Of a stretch of 64,000 bases of DNA, positions 10,531 through 23,300 are shown piece by piece (the first letter of the stretch is position 1; the number at the start of each line of letters is the position of its first letter). The notes under the pieces are model-generated. The model worked only from the letters and a program-made list of their open reading frames with translations, ran no database searches and had not been told where the DNA came from. A program made the translations under genes and the position numbers. Source of the DNA: a virus; IMG/VR virus record IMGVR_UViG_3300030117_005808, positions 32,001 through 96,000 of that record; one strand, given 5' to 3'.

Positions 10531-10980
10531 ATGGCTCAAGGTTTAGCAGTAGCACTGCCGCTGGAATTAGACACGACTGACGGTCCGTATAAGTTACATA
10601 AGAACTTGACCGATATGGCCGCACAAAATTTAAAAATGGTTATTTTAACCTCCCCCGGCGAGAGAGTGATGATCCCAGAGTTTGGAGTTGGCATTAGAAA
10701 CTTTCTTTTTGAGCCAAACAATAATGACACAAGAGAAAGAATTAGAAACAGAATTCAAGTTCAAGTTGAAAAATACTTACCATATATTGAGCTAGTAAGT
10801 CTTGAATTATACAAGCCACAAAGCGCATTAGTGGGCGAGACAGAAGATAATGGTTTAGTCATAAGAATAAAATATTCAATACCAGCCGCAAATGTCGTCT
10901 CAGAGTTAACCATAGACGCAGGCACCGGCGCCTCCACTTCTACTGGAGGTAGCTCTGGCGGTTCTGGCGGCGGCTATTAA
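10531..10980 (+). CDS. gp25: Baseplate wedge / sheath initiator, gp25-like
   Basis: QNLKMVILTSPGERVMIPEFGVGIRNFLFEP is the GPW/gp25 signature. Confidence 0.88.
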   Translation: MAQGLAVALPLELDTTDGPYKLHKNLTDMAAQNLKMVILTSPGERVMIPEFGVGIRNFLFEPNNNDTRERIRNRIQVQVEKYLPYIELVSLELYKPQSALVGETEDNGLVIRIKYSIPAANVVSELTIDAGTGASTSTGGSSGGSGGGY

Positions 10981-11007
10981 TCTATGTGTTTAAATGTTTG
11001 TTTGAAT

Positions 11008-11015
11008 ACTATTTA
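11008..11015 (+). promoter_or_regulatory. Putative late promoter ACTATTTA
   Basis: Exact motif 19 nt before the gp6 ATG. Confidence 0.72.
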
Positions 11016-11034
11016 AAGAGTGGAGAAACACTAG

Positions 11035-12831
11035 ATGGCTAGAAGAAATGTACCCATAGATTATACCAGTAGAGATTTTGATTCCATTAGGGATGATCTC
11101 GTAAACTATGCAAAAAGATACTATCCTGATACTTTTAAAGATTTTAGCGAAGCCTCTTTTGGGTCTCTAATGCTGGATACAGTCGCCTACGTCGGTGACA
11201 TTATGTCATTCTATCTTGATTATCAGGTCAACGAGTCATTCATTGACACGGCCGTCGATTTTAAAAATATCCTTCGATTAGCCAAACAAATGGGATATAA
11301 ATATACCGGAGCCAAAACGACTTCTGGTATGGTGTCTTTCTACGCCATTGTCCCAGCAACATCAATCGGGCTTGGTCCAAAAACAAGCCATATGCCAATC
11401 CTAAAAGCAAATACTGTAGTTAAGTCAGATTCGGGCGCCTCGTTTATCTTGACAGATGATGTTCGTTTTGATGATCCATCTAACGAAACTGTAGCTGCAC
11501 AAACAAATGCTACAACAGGAATTCCAATAAGCTACGCTGTTAAAGCCGAGGGCCAAGTAATATCAGGCATATTTAATCAAACCACTCAAACTATAGGTGC
11601 CTTTCAGAAGTTTCTCCCAGTCCGTATAGACAATGCTAATTTGATAGAGATTGTTAGTGTGTTCGATTCTGAGGGTCATGAATATTTCGAGGTTGAATAT
11701 TTAACACAAGATGTAGTTTACAAGGCTGTCCCCAATAGGGATGAAAATACAAGACAAAATGCCCCATCCCTTATGAGGCCATTCGTTGCCGCTCGACGAT
11801 TTACAGTCGAAAGAGACATTAACGGAGTTACTCTTACATTTGGACATGGCTCTGACTCGGAGTCAGGATCCCAGACGATTGCGGATCCGGCAAATGTTGT
11901 TTTGCAGAGAGCAGCAAAAGATTATACCACCGATGAATCTTTTGATCCGTCAAACTTAGTTGGAAACGATAAACTAGGCATAGGCCCTGCAAACACTACT
12001 CTAACAATCAGGTACAGGGAAAACACTGCCTCAAGTGCAAACGCTGCGATCGGATCGATCACTTCGGTGACAAGTCCTATCTTTGAATTTAACGACCCAT
12101 CTATAGCAAACACGTCAGCAGCAAGAGATGTTGTTGCAAGTATAGAGTGTTCAAACGAGGAGCCATTGGTCGGCTCAACTGCTATCCCATCACGGGAAGA
12201 AGTGAGACAAGAGGCCATGATGGCCTTCTCTAGTCAGAATAGAGCGGTAACCTCACAAGATTATGAGGCTCTTGTTTATATGATGCCCGGTAAGTTTGGT
12301 TCTGTTAAGCGTGCGAGAGTGGTTAGAGACCAAGACTCACTAAAAAGAAATCTGAACATTTACGTTATTTCTGAAAACTCTTTTGGTAAGATGGCAGCTA
12401 CAAACAGCGCGATCAAAGAAAACTTGAAAGTTCACTTAAATAGATATCGCATGATTAACGATACGGTAGATATTTTAGATGCAAAAGTGGTTAACATAGC
12501 TATTGACTTTGAGGTTGTTTCTAGTGAAGAGGTTAATAAATATGAGGTCCTTGATTCCTGCATACAAGCACTCAGGAGAAAATATTCTTCTCCAATGTTT
12601 ATAGGAGAAAGATTTTATCTTACAGATGTGTATACAGAACTCAATAAAGTGCGCGGTGTCGTGGATACTTCTAGAGTCAAGCTTGTTAACAAATCAGGTG
12701 GCAATTATTCATCCTCGGCTCTTAATATAGATCAATATATGTCCCTCGACGGTAGATACTTATCAGTCCCAGACAATGTAATACTTGAGATCAAGTTCCC
12801 AAGAATAGATATTAAAGGAACTGTGAGATAA
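11035..12831 (+). CDS. gp6: Baseplate wedge subunit, gp6 / baseplate J-like
   Basis: YTSRDFDSIR...FSEASFGSLMLDTVAYVGDIMSFYLD and QNRAVTSQDYE motifs; follows gp25. Confidence 0.88.
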   Translation: MARRNVPIDYTSRDFDSIRDDLVNYAKRYYPDTFKDFSEASFGSLMLDTVAYVGDIMSFYLDYQVNESFIDTAVDFKNILRLAKQMGYKYTGAKTTSGMVSFYAIVPATSIGLGPKTSHMPILKANTVVKSDSGASFILTDDVRFDDPSNETVAAQTNATTGIPISYAVKAEGQVISGIFNQTTQTIGAFQKFLPVRIDNANLIEIVSVFDSEGHEYFEVEYLTQDVVYKAVPNRDENTRQNAPSLMRPFVAARRFTVERDINGVTLTFGHGSDSESGSQTIADPANVVLQRAAKDYTTDESFDPSNLVGNDKLGIGPANTTLTIRYRENTASSANAAIGSITSVTSPIFEFNDPSIANTSAARDVVASIECSNEEPLVGSTAIPSREEVRQEAMMAFSSQNRAVTSQDYEALVYMMPGKFGSVKRARVVRDQDSLKRNLNIYVISENSFGKMAATNSAIKENLKVHLNRYRMINDTVDILDAKVVNIAIDFEVVSSEEVNKYEVLDSCIQALRRKYSSPMFIGERFYLTDVYTELNKVRGVVDTSRVKLVNKSGGNYSSSALNIDQYMSLDGRYLSVPDNVILEIKFPRIDIKGTVR

Positions 12832-14345
12832 TGGCTATTAAAAGATACTATGCAAAAATAGACAATACTATAACTAACGCTTTCAAAGAAAATTTAGTTA
12901 CTCGCGGCACAGGGTCTAATATGGGGGCCTCAGATATTCTTGAGGTGTTTTCTATTTATGGTCAAGCTAGTTCGGCATCAGCCGAAGAGGCTAGAGTGCT
13001 TATTAAATTTAATTGTACAGCATCAACAGATTCTATTAAAGCAGACAGAGATGCCGGCGTTCTACCAGCTAGCGGAAGTGTGAATTTTTATTTAAGACTT
13101 TACAATGCGCCTCATAGTCAAACTCTTCCAAAATCTTATACAATGGATGTCTCTGCAATTTCCGGCGGATGGACAGAGGGCACCGGTCTTGATATGGAGG
13201 GCTATAAAGATATAGGAATATCTAATTGGGTGAATAGGATAGCTTCTCGATCTGCTGGCGACCACGCGTGGAGCACCACCGGTGGAGACTACTATTCAGA
13301 CGCGTCGTCATCTTTTACTGCTTCTTTTGATGGTGGAGTCGAGGACATACAACTAGATATCACATCACTTGTCGAACAATGGATCGCGGCCGATAAAGAG
13401 GACGACGGCATAGGCATATTCCTGTCCAGCGAATACTCCAGCGCCGCTCGCTCTTATTACACAAAGAAGTTTTTTGCGCGTGGCACAGAATTTTTCTATA
13501 AGCAACCAAATATTGAGGCACGATGGGATTCTTCTATAGAGGACGACCGAGGTAACTTTTATTATAGTAGTTCCCTAGCCACCGCCGGCGAAAACTTAAA
13601 TACCATTTATTTCTACAATTATTTTAGGGGCCGACTTCGTAATATTCCCGATATCGGAACAGGAAACATAGGTGTAAGTGTCTTTTCTGCAAGTGCTGGA
13701 ACCCCCAACGGTTCGGCTATTCGTTTGGTTGCAGATGGCGCACATGTTCTATCAACCGGCCTGTTTGCTGTGACAGGCGGGCATGTATCAACAGGTATTT
13801 ACTCTGCGTCTTTTGCCATGACTGCGGCCACCACCCCTTTGCCCGTTGTTAATGATGTATGGTTTAAATTAGACAACGCAGTCGCCGATGCATCAACGGG
13901 TGTTCAATATGGCACTGGAACAATCGAGCCTAGAACCATTACAAACATGTACAACGCCCCCACAAATGATTATGTGGTTACGATAACAAACTTGCGAGAA
14001 AAGTATCGCCCTGATGAGACAGCACGTTTTAGAGTCTACAGTCGCCAAAAAGATTGGACACCAACTATTTATACTAAGGCGGTAAGCACGCCAGAGGTTC
14101 AAATTGTTGAAAGCGGCTCTTTCGAAGTCTTCAGGGTTATAGATGATCTAAAAGTTATACCACACGGAACGGGAAGCACACCATATTATACTTTCCTTTC
14201 ATACGACACATCCGGATCATATTTTGATTTAGATATGGCACTCTTTGAGCCCGGATATGTCCACGGTATAAAACTAGCATTCTATAACGAAGATATAGGG
14301 AGTTGGGTTGAGCAATCAGAAACCTTTAAATTTAGAGTTGAGTAA
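12831..14345 (+). CDS. Baseplate-associated beta-rich structural protein
   Basis: Coupled to gp6; beta-sandwich-like motifs RVLIKF, YLRLYNA, WTEGTG, LDITSLVEQW. Confidence 0.55.
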   Translation: MAIKRYYAKIDNTITNAFKENLVTRGTGSNMGASDILEVFSIYGQASSASAEEARVLIKFNCTASTDSIKADRDAGVLPASGSVNFYLRLYNAPHSQTLPKSYTMDVSAISGGWTEGTGLDMEGYKDIGISNWVNRIASRSAGDHAWSTTGGDYYSDASSSFTASFDGGVEDIQLDITSLVEQWIAADKEDDGIGIFLSSEYSSAARSYYTKKFFARGTEFFYKQPNIEARWDSSIEDDRGNFYYSSSLATAGENLNTIYFYNYFRGRLRNIPDIGTGNIGVSVFSASAGTPNGSAIRLVADGAHVLSTGLFAVTGGHVSTGIYSASFAMTAATTPLPVVNDVWFKLDNAVADASTGVQYGTGTIEPRTITNMYNAPTNDYVVTITNLREKYRPDETARFRVYSRQKDWTPTIYTKAVSTPEVQIVESGSFEVFRVIDDLKVIPHGTGSTPYYTFLSYDTSGSYFDLDMALFEPGYVHGIKLAFYNEDIGSWVEQSETFKFRVE

Positions 14346-14361
14346 CTAAGGTAGTTAAAGT

Positions 14362-17300
14362 ATGAGTATCAAAAAACTATTTGATTCAAATAAAACAAAC
14401 GACATACTCGTCTCAACTAATCTAGAAGAAGAGGTAGTCAAAAACGTCCCCGAGCTTGAATCTGCGGATAACGTCAGAGAGCAGATCGAGAGGATCAATC
14501 GTTTTATACCACAGGTGGATTATAGTGATCCAGCCAACTTTGCTGTTTATGGATCAGCCGAGCGATATTATAGGGATTCATTCCACAGAATCGCTACTCA
14601 ATACCCGTATGATGGTTCCGAAGAAGAGATAACTCGCTACGACAACGAGTCCAACTATCTTGACCTTCATATCCTTGAGAATGAGTATCCTAGGACGCTT
14701 GGGCACGTTCGGTTTCCTTCAAACAATCTTGGCCCAAACGCTACCGCTAACCAGTTTGGTCAGAACACCCACGCAGCAAACATTACATTTTTTGGTGGAC
14801 CAAATGCTATAGCAGGTGGGATGACAACTGGCTCATTCCACCTACAGTTCACTGGTTCCAACTATTACGATACAGATATTTATCAAACTGATGGTACGCT
14901 TGCATTAGACAGAGTTGGGTCAAGAGAAAGTAACTTAACTTATAACCTTCCTAGCAAAGGACTCACAGTTGAGTTTTGGCAAGGAACCGAAGGAAACCTG
15001 ATAGGTGGGACCGGCGCGTTTGGCCGACAAGCCAGACACGCTTTGTTTGATTTGTGGAACGGAGAAGCCTCAAGTTCGGCTCAATATGGTCGCCTAACTG
15101 TATACGCTTCAGGTTCTACAACAGCCTTTAAAGGCATTTATCTAAACGCATATTCAGGCACTGTTGGAATCCAAGAACTTAAGTTATTGGATCCTGCTGT
15201 AGCTGCTCAAATCCCACCACAATATGTTGATACTTCATCTCCCACGCCGGGTCACTTGGCTTTTGCTTTTAGTTCTGGGTCAACTCTGGGCTTAACTGTT
15301 AAGACATATATTAATGGTGTTCTAACCACAACAACAGGCTCTTCAATCGCCCTAAATGAAGTCACTGGCGCCCTCCGAGGCCGTATTGGTGCTCTCCTAA
15401 CGAATCCATCAGGCACTTCTATAGGCACAGATATGGATGGTTATGGTACCAGTATTCGCAGTGCCTACGACGAGTTTAGGTACTGGAAAGCCGAGAGAAC
15501 AGAAAAAGAAATACAACAAAACTATTGGACACAAGTTCGTGGCGGCACAAATAACGAAATAGCAAACGCAGAACTTGGTGTATATTACAAGTTTAACGAG
15601 GGCATTACAGGGGACGCAACAACTGATGCGACTGTTTTAGACTATTCTGGCCGTATTACAAACGGAACCATCACAAACTACGGCACTGATGCTACCAGTA
15701 CGCTAGTAAGAAATGCCCATCCAGCCCCCGCACGCAGTTCGCTTATTGTTGCTGCTGGAGCAGCTACATCAGAGTTCAAAGACCCAATCATTTATGCAAG
15801 CCACCCGGATGTTGTCTCTGCACTTGACAGATTGGTCGCATCTGGTAGCGTCCACGACTTTGAAAACCAAGCAAGCATAAAAGATTCTATCCCAAGCTGG
15901 ATTATAGAAGAAGACGAAACATCAGGCGGTGAAGAGTTAGGCAAGCTTACACAGATCCTCGGTTCCTATATGGATACTCTCAACCTGCAAATCCAGTCCC
16001 TGCCTACATTAGCAGACAATACATACTTAAGCGGCAGCGATAAGCCTACACCATTTATGAAAAATCTGTTAAGCTCCCGAGGCCTAGCAGTCCCAGAAAT
16101 CTTTGTGGATGCTGACCTTCTCCAGCGATTCGCCAACAGAAGCGACACCGAAAGCTACACTCTTGATATTAACGATACCAAGAATCTTATTTACAAGAAT
16201 ATCTACAACAACCTTACTTACCTTTACAAGTCAAAGGGCACAGAAAAAGCATTTAGAAACCTTATCCGTTGTTACGGTATTGGCGAAGATGTCATTAGAT
16301 TCAACGCATACGCAAGCAATCAAACCTTTGACATCCAAGAAACAAGACAAGACAGAGTTATTAGAAAGAACTATGTTGACTTTAACCACCCTGATAGGTT
16401 TGATGGCGTTGTTTACCAGAGAGGCAACAGCATTGTGCCAGAGGCAGATGGCATTTCTTTCTTCTCGGCATCCTCACCAGACGCCGCCTTTGCTCAAACC
16501 GCAGAACTAGAAGTTATATTCCCAAGAAAGTTTGAGTTCGCTAACTCACAATATTTTGATACACCTTTTGTTACAGCATCTCTCTACGGTAAAGCATCAG
16601 CATCAGCAGACCCAGCATCCTTTGACGCATCATTCAGTAATAACCCAGCCAACGCGCCTTGGCTTGTTGCTTATGCTGTTCGGACCCATCAGAATTCAAA
16701 GGACGCTTATTTTGTTCTTGATTCTAACTTATTTACAAATCCGCTCACAAGTGATATTTACTCAAACATTTATGATAATCAGAAATGGAATCTGGCGATA
16801 AGAGTTAACTCTAAAGCTTGGCCATACGCAGCATCCTCCAGTGTTAACGGTGCGTTAGATGATCAAGACATAAGTTTTATTGGATATAATGTAGAGAACG
16901 GAGTCGTAAAAAATAGTTTTGTCTTAACAACTTCATCAGTGTCTTCCAACTTGGGGCCAAGTTTACCTTACCGCTACTTTGTTGGATCACAAATAACAAA
17001 CTATACCGGTGCAGTAGACCATCGAACTGATGTTTTGGCATCCTCACTGCGAGTGTATACAACCTACCTAGATGACGATGTTATCAAATCACACGCCCTT
17101 GATCCCGAAAACTACGGAACAAGAAACCCAAGCAGAAACTTTTTATTTTACAACGACTCTGGTCCCCAACTCGCGAGCGTTGTTGGAGGCATTAAAAACT
17201 CTATCCCAGAGTCTGTTTCTCTTGCTCTTAATTGGGATTATTCGCAGGTCACCACAACAGACCCCAACGGCCGCTTCATCGTCCAAGATGCATCATCTGG

Positions 17301-20300
17301 TTCAACAGGACTAACCAGCAGATACCCGCAAGAGAATGTTCTTACAAATGTTAATAAACAGTTCGCAGGCCGAGGTCAGTTTGGGGCTAGCGCATACAGT
17401 TCAACGGATGTCATCTCCAAGCAATTTGTTCAATCAGCACAACAAAGACTACCCGAAGTTGTTAATACCAACGACGACGTAAACGTTCTATCCAGAGATG
17501 ATGAACTTTATCCAAGAGATGCGTCTATTTCGCAGACCTACTACACCTTTGAAAAGAGCATGTACGGTATTGTTTCACAAGAAATGATCAATATGTTCTC
17601 GTCTATTGTTGAGTTCAACAACCTTATCGGTGAAGTTGTCCATAAGTATCGTGGCGAGTACAAGAGTTTAAGGCTTTTAAGAGAACTTTTCTTCGAGAAG
17701 ATTCAAAACAACCCTGACCTCGACAAGTTTATTGATTACTATAAGTGGATTGATTCCTCACTCAATATTTTCCTACAGCAGTTTGTTCCTGCTTCTGCTG
17801 ATGTTTCCGATGAGATTCGCACTGTGGTTGAAGATTATGTTCTTAACCGCTCCAAATACCAGCACAAGTACCCACAACTAGATTATAAGGGCAACGCTCG
17901 CTTTGGTGGCGACGAGGCCAAGTTAGAAGGCAGAGTCAAGGGCATTAGAGAACTAGAGTACAACTGGCAGTTTGGCCACGCGCCAACAACTAACTCTCAG
18001 ACTGAACATTCTACTTGGTGGAAAGAACGAGCAGAAAGAAACAACACAGCATTTAATACCGCTGCGCTTATTGATACAGCAAGAGAAGACATCCTCAACA
18101 TCATCCAGCTATTCAACTCTGCAAGCGCCCCATCGCTTAATGACGGCACCGGAGCCTCTGGGGTATACGAAGGGTCCACTTACGCCACAAGACGCTTCAC
18201 AAGGCAATATAAGCTTGATGCAGCCATCGTCCCTGACATCGGCGGTGGCTACAACTACCCAAGGGGCCATAAGCCGGATGCTATTTATTCTATAGTTTAC
18301 GACCGGCCGGTCGACGTGTCAGGCCTGACAAACGAGGAAGCAATACAGTTTGAAAAACAAGCGACGTTCACGCTTCCAAGCGAGGAACTAAGGCCTGTCA
18401 CAAAACAAGAAAAAAGAAGAGTCTCTGCCATTAATCCAAATGGCGTGTATTCCTCCAATTTGGGACCCCAAACGCCCGGAGGTGGATCAAAACTTGTTGC
18501 GCCTTTCATAGCGTTTAGCTCCTCTGTTTCTCCTGCTGGCGGTTACGGTACACAATGGCAAGAATACAATCGTAGACCAGACGTTAGTAAAGAAGAGTTG
18601 GCTGGGTACCATAATGATTCTTATGGTGACGACTATGAAGTTCCAATGCAAGGGCCGTTTACTAATCAACACGTTGGAGGCAATAGGCACAGGCATACAG
18701 ATTTAAATCAAGGTTCTGACAATCTAAAAACTCGGGCCGAGGCTTGGCTCGTTGCCGGCGCCGGTAACGATGGCATCTTCGCGCCGGCCAAGACCGCCTT
18801 CGCCAACCCGCCTGCTCCATTGAACCCAACCGTACCCGGATCTAGCCCCAACTACCGCAGAGACCAAACAGCCAAGCGCCCTGTTAACATCAAAAACATC
18901 AAACACAGAACAGGCTCACTCGGAACCATCGCGATGGGCAACTATTCTGCAAGTTATGAAATCGTTCAAACAACCGGCAGAACTCAAAACAACTCTGCGT
19001 TTGTAAAGTCAGAAGGTATAAGAGACAACTTTACCATCTCTGTTGCAGGCGCTGATGAGGTTGGTTATATCGATCACGTCACAGACTACGCCAAGCCTAC
19101 CCGCCGTAGAGCAGCCCATGTTATAGTTAACCGCTTCTCCGCACCCGGCGGTCCTGAAACAGCAGGTGATAGTCAGGGTGGACCGGGCCTCGACTTTGAA
19201 GCAGCAGAGTTTAGCCCTTACAACAACTTAAACTATAGAAACACTACAGTCCGAGATCCATTAAGAACGCTTTTGACCGACCACACAGCGTTTGGCGGTA
19301 TTGAGTCTGGGTCTGCTGTCTCCGCGCTGAACTATACGGACGTTACGGCTAGTTATCACAAGGTTAATCGAAACCCGCTGCATCGTTTGGAAGGATATGA
19401 TAACGGACAAGAAACGGCAGTTACCGGAACAGTGTTCGATAATTATTTTGTGCAGCATATGATTCCAAGATCTGATTTTCAATATTCTTGGATAACAGCA
19501 TCAACAGATAGATTTAATGCCGCCCTCGGCGCAGCAAATAATATATATGGATATTTTCCTTACGATGGACTTGCAAGAGTTTCAAGTTCTGCTAATGGCT
19601 TTAGGTACGAAGCAGCAGTTAATTTTGCTAGCGCAAGCGAAGTAGGCTCTGGCAATCCATTAGGAGTCCAGCAAGCGACAAGGCAGATCAGATTGATAAC
19701 AAGTGCGCTGATGCAAGATGCATCATTCGTCCCAACTGACTTTGCTGGCATAAACTCAAATGTTATAGAGCCTATTAGCGCATCTGAATTTACTATTGGT
19801 TATCCTCTGGATGCGGATCCTATGAATTATTATAACTACGGACCCTTTGGACAGGTTCCAGCCTTTGGTTCAGCTCATCGTGGTGGGTTTATAACTAGAA
19901 TAAACTCTAATGTCGCCGCAAACTTTAATGCATATTTTACTATGTTGATGGCTCATAGGGGAGGTAATGTTGGGCACCCAACTTGGAAACAGATCAGAGT
20001 CGGAGAGACTCAACTTGCACGACACTATCGTAAAAATAACTTATATACTAATACTTATGAGCCTGTCATAGCATCAAGCGTGGCCGATTTGTCTGGGACA
20101 AGACAAAAAATTTCTTCAACGACCGAAAGTGTTATACTAACTCAATCTGTTGTTACCGACCGATACTTCCCAGTCGTGTTTGAGGTTGAAGCAAGAGATG
20201 ATGAGCAAAATAGTAAAGTCCTTAAATCATCAAATTTTGTTATTCGAACTTCTTTTGTGAATGATACTATTACTTTTGACGACGCCACTATAGTCAACAG

Positions 20301-23300
20301 GCTGCTAGACGAGAACGTTATAAGTAATGCGGCAAGAAAATCCTCATATAAACAAATCATTGATGATTTTAGCATTTATGATAGTTTCTTAGACGAACAG
20401 AAGCCTATACTTCAAATTAATAGTTTAAAATATAGAGAAACTGTGTTCCCTCCACAACTACATGCTTATACTAGTAAAATACGCGGAAGAACAAACTATG
20501 AAAATGATTTCTGGCGTGACAGCCGAACAGATAGGACTGCTAAGGGAGCCTTGAAAAAAGCCAAAAACAGTCAAGGTACCGCCGTTCTTCAAAGCGCGTG
20601 GTCACTTGATGGCCTAGAATCTAATACAAATTCTAATATTGCAACTGGCCTGATTGGATATCCAACAGGTGGCATCAACGCCAATAACGCAACTGGGTAC
20701 AAACCCGGTGAACTTCAGAACTTATATACACATTTTGTAAGAGCACCTGACGGCCGAGATGTTAATTCCGAATTAAGGAATCAGTTGAGAACAGGCGCCT
20801 TATACTCTAGAAAGCATCTCATGCCTTTTACTTCATCAGTTGTTGGTATGTCAGGGATGAGGAAACAAATCGGTATTGAACCATTTGTATACGGCGGCAC
20901 AAGTTATTTGCTGTTAACATCATCTATTGGGGCTGGTGAAGCTTTTTGGGACGCAGGAAACTTAGCAGGTAAATACGAGGGTACGTCTAGCATCTTTGTT
21001 ACAACCCCAGCGAAACCATTTTATGATGATTACGATCAATATTTTGCAGATATAAAAAATAAAAATCGAGGTAAAGCGATTTTGCCAGAGTTTAGAATAA
21101 CAGAACATTTAGATTTTTATGAAAATGAGGGCAACAATTTTCTTGTTGAAAATGAAAAACTTTTTTCTTTCGCCGGAACCCCCTCGGGCTCTTCTTTGCC
21201 GCAAAATAGTTCAGAGGCAGACTTTTTCTCGATTTACACAAACTCAGATTTTATGAAATATTTTGAAGTAGTGAGAGAGGATGGAGCCAAAGAGGGTGGC
21301 ATTTTGGAGCCCACAGCAGTTAAATTGCGATGTAGGGGGATCAAAAAGTTTATTCCGTATGATGGCTTTTACCCTGCCGAAAGAACCATCCAATTGGCGA
21401 ACGCATTTTCAGCGTCAATAGCACCTACAACAGGCTTGACGGGCGATGACGCAGCAAAGCAAGTTGCTTTCCGTAGCATGCTCAAGCCTTTTTTCGCCCC
21501 CGGAATTGTATACAATACTATCAAGTCGGGTGTTGCTGTTGACTATCCAATAATGACTGGCTCTTTTAATAGAGCAAACTTAATCAACTCTGCTGCTAAT
21601 GCGGGTATTAGATTTTGCACTACAGCCTCTGCTGGAATATTTTCTAACTCAAGGGCTGTTTCGGTGACACCCTCTGGTGATGGTAGCGGCTTTGGAACGG
21701 TCTCACACAATGATGGTTGGGATTATCGTGTGCCGTTTGAGGCTGTGGTTGATCCAGCAAAATATGTATACGCCAAAAACATTGTCGATGACGAGCCCAG
21801 TGCTTATGCTAATATTCACTCAACAGCTTCGTGGGCCACCTCTCTGGCCACCAATAAATATAAATATATGATGCACAATTTCCTAGCTTCGTCTTTAGAT
21901 TTCTTTATTAAAGACGGCAAACCAACAGAAATTATATCAGCACCAGAAAGTGAATTTAAGTCTGTCACACCCGGCCAGCCTTACGGCCTACGCATTAAAA
22001 TGTTTAAGAGTTATGAAACGGGCTCACAAAATCCGACCTCTGGTGACTGGGGCGACTTTTCTGTGCCTCAGTTTGTTAGTGGCTCACTATCAAACTTTAC
22101 AATGTATAGTCGCCCCTCGGCCTTCGGTCCTCCCGTCTTGGCCGGCTCCGGATCTAGTACACTGGCACAACAAAAATACGTTGTCACAGGATCAAGAGAG
22201 ATGACCCCGGCTCGCGGCCGCTACCTGTCCCATACACCACCGTATTATGATGGTGAATCTTGGATTGATTTAATTTATTATCCGTACAAGTCTTTCGATA
22301 CAGGATCCGGCGGTTTGCTTATAGAAAACAATCAAACCAAAGTAGTGCGAATTGATGAACTACACAACCTTGCACTATCTGAATTTAACACTGGGTCAGC
22401 AATCTTACAAATAGAGGATTACGAAGGCACTAGATTTGGAGGAGAGGGAACTTATGTTGTTCGCTGGCGTTTTGACCAAGAGGCCCTTCGAGTCGATCGG
22501 CCAGACCTTTCATCTTATCACGACATTGGCAAAGACATCGGCCCTATGGGAGGCCCATGGGCAAACCGGTGGGCAATGCAACTAGATGCATCTCTCAATA
22601 TCTTTACTAAGCTTCGTGGTGCCGGCAGTCTTGCGTCTGAGGCAGTCTCTGCTGATTTGGCAGGCCTCGGTGCGACCGGAGCGACCGAACCTCAAGATGA
22701 TCGTTGGAGAATCCAAACTAAGTTTGAAACACCAATGTTAAATTTCCAACATGTAAAAACCGCCGATATAACAGTTAATGGCACTCTTGGTAGCTTAACA
22801 CAATATCAAAAGGCAGTGAATAGTGTTATACCAAGAGGTATGTGGCACCAATTTGGTAGAATTCCAAAACCTGACGAAGGAGTATACTTGCAGGTAACAG
22901 ATATTCCAGACGATTTTATAAACAATCACCCATCATCAAGTATCGTGTTTGACCCAGCCGGTCATTTTGACTCAAGAAATAGTGCCTCAGAAGCAATAAA
23001 AGCTTTGGCTGATGTTAATGCAGGCGCAAATATACGCGATATAATTGCAAAAGATTTGAACGGATACAGGATACCTCAGAATTTACAAATACCCGCCTCT
23101 GCATTCTCTGTAGCCACCGACCGCCCACCAGCACCAACTACACCTCCCCCTTTATCACTTGTTGACATATGTGGCTTCCCCACAGATCCAGTAAAAATTG
23201 GAGAGTTGCCAGAAGCTAAAACTGTTTATGAGGCTGTTGTTGCGGTGCCCTTTGTTGAGAAAGAAGGTGAAAGAGAGTTCTTTAAAATTATGTCTCCAAA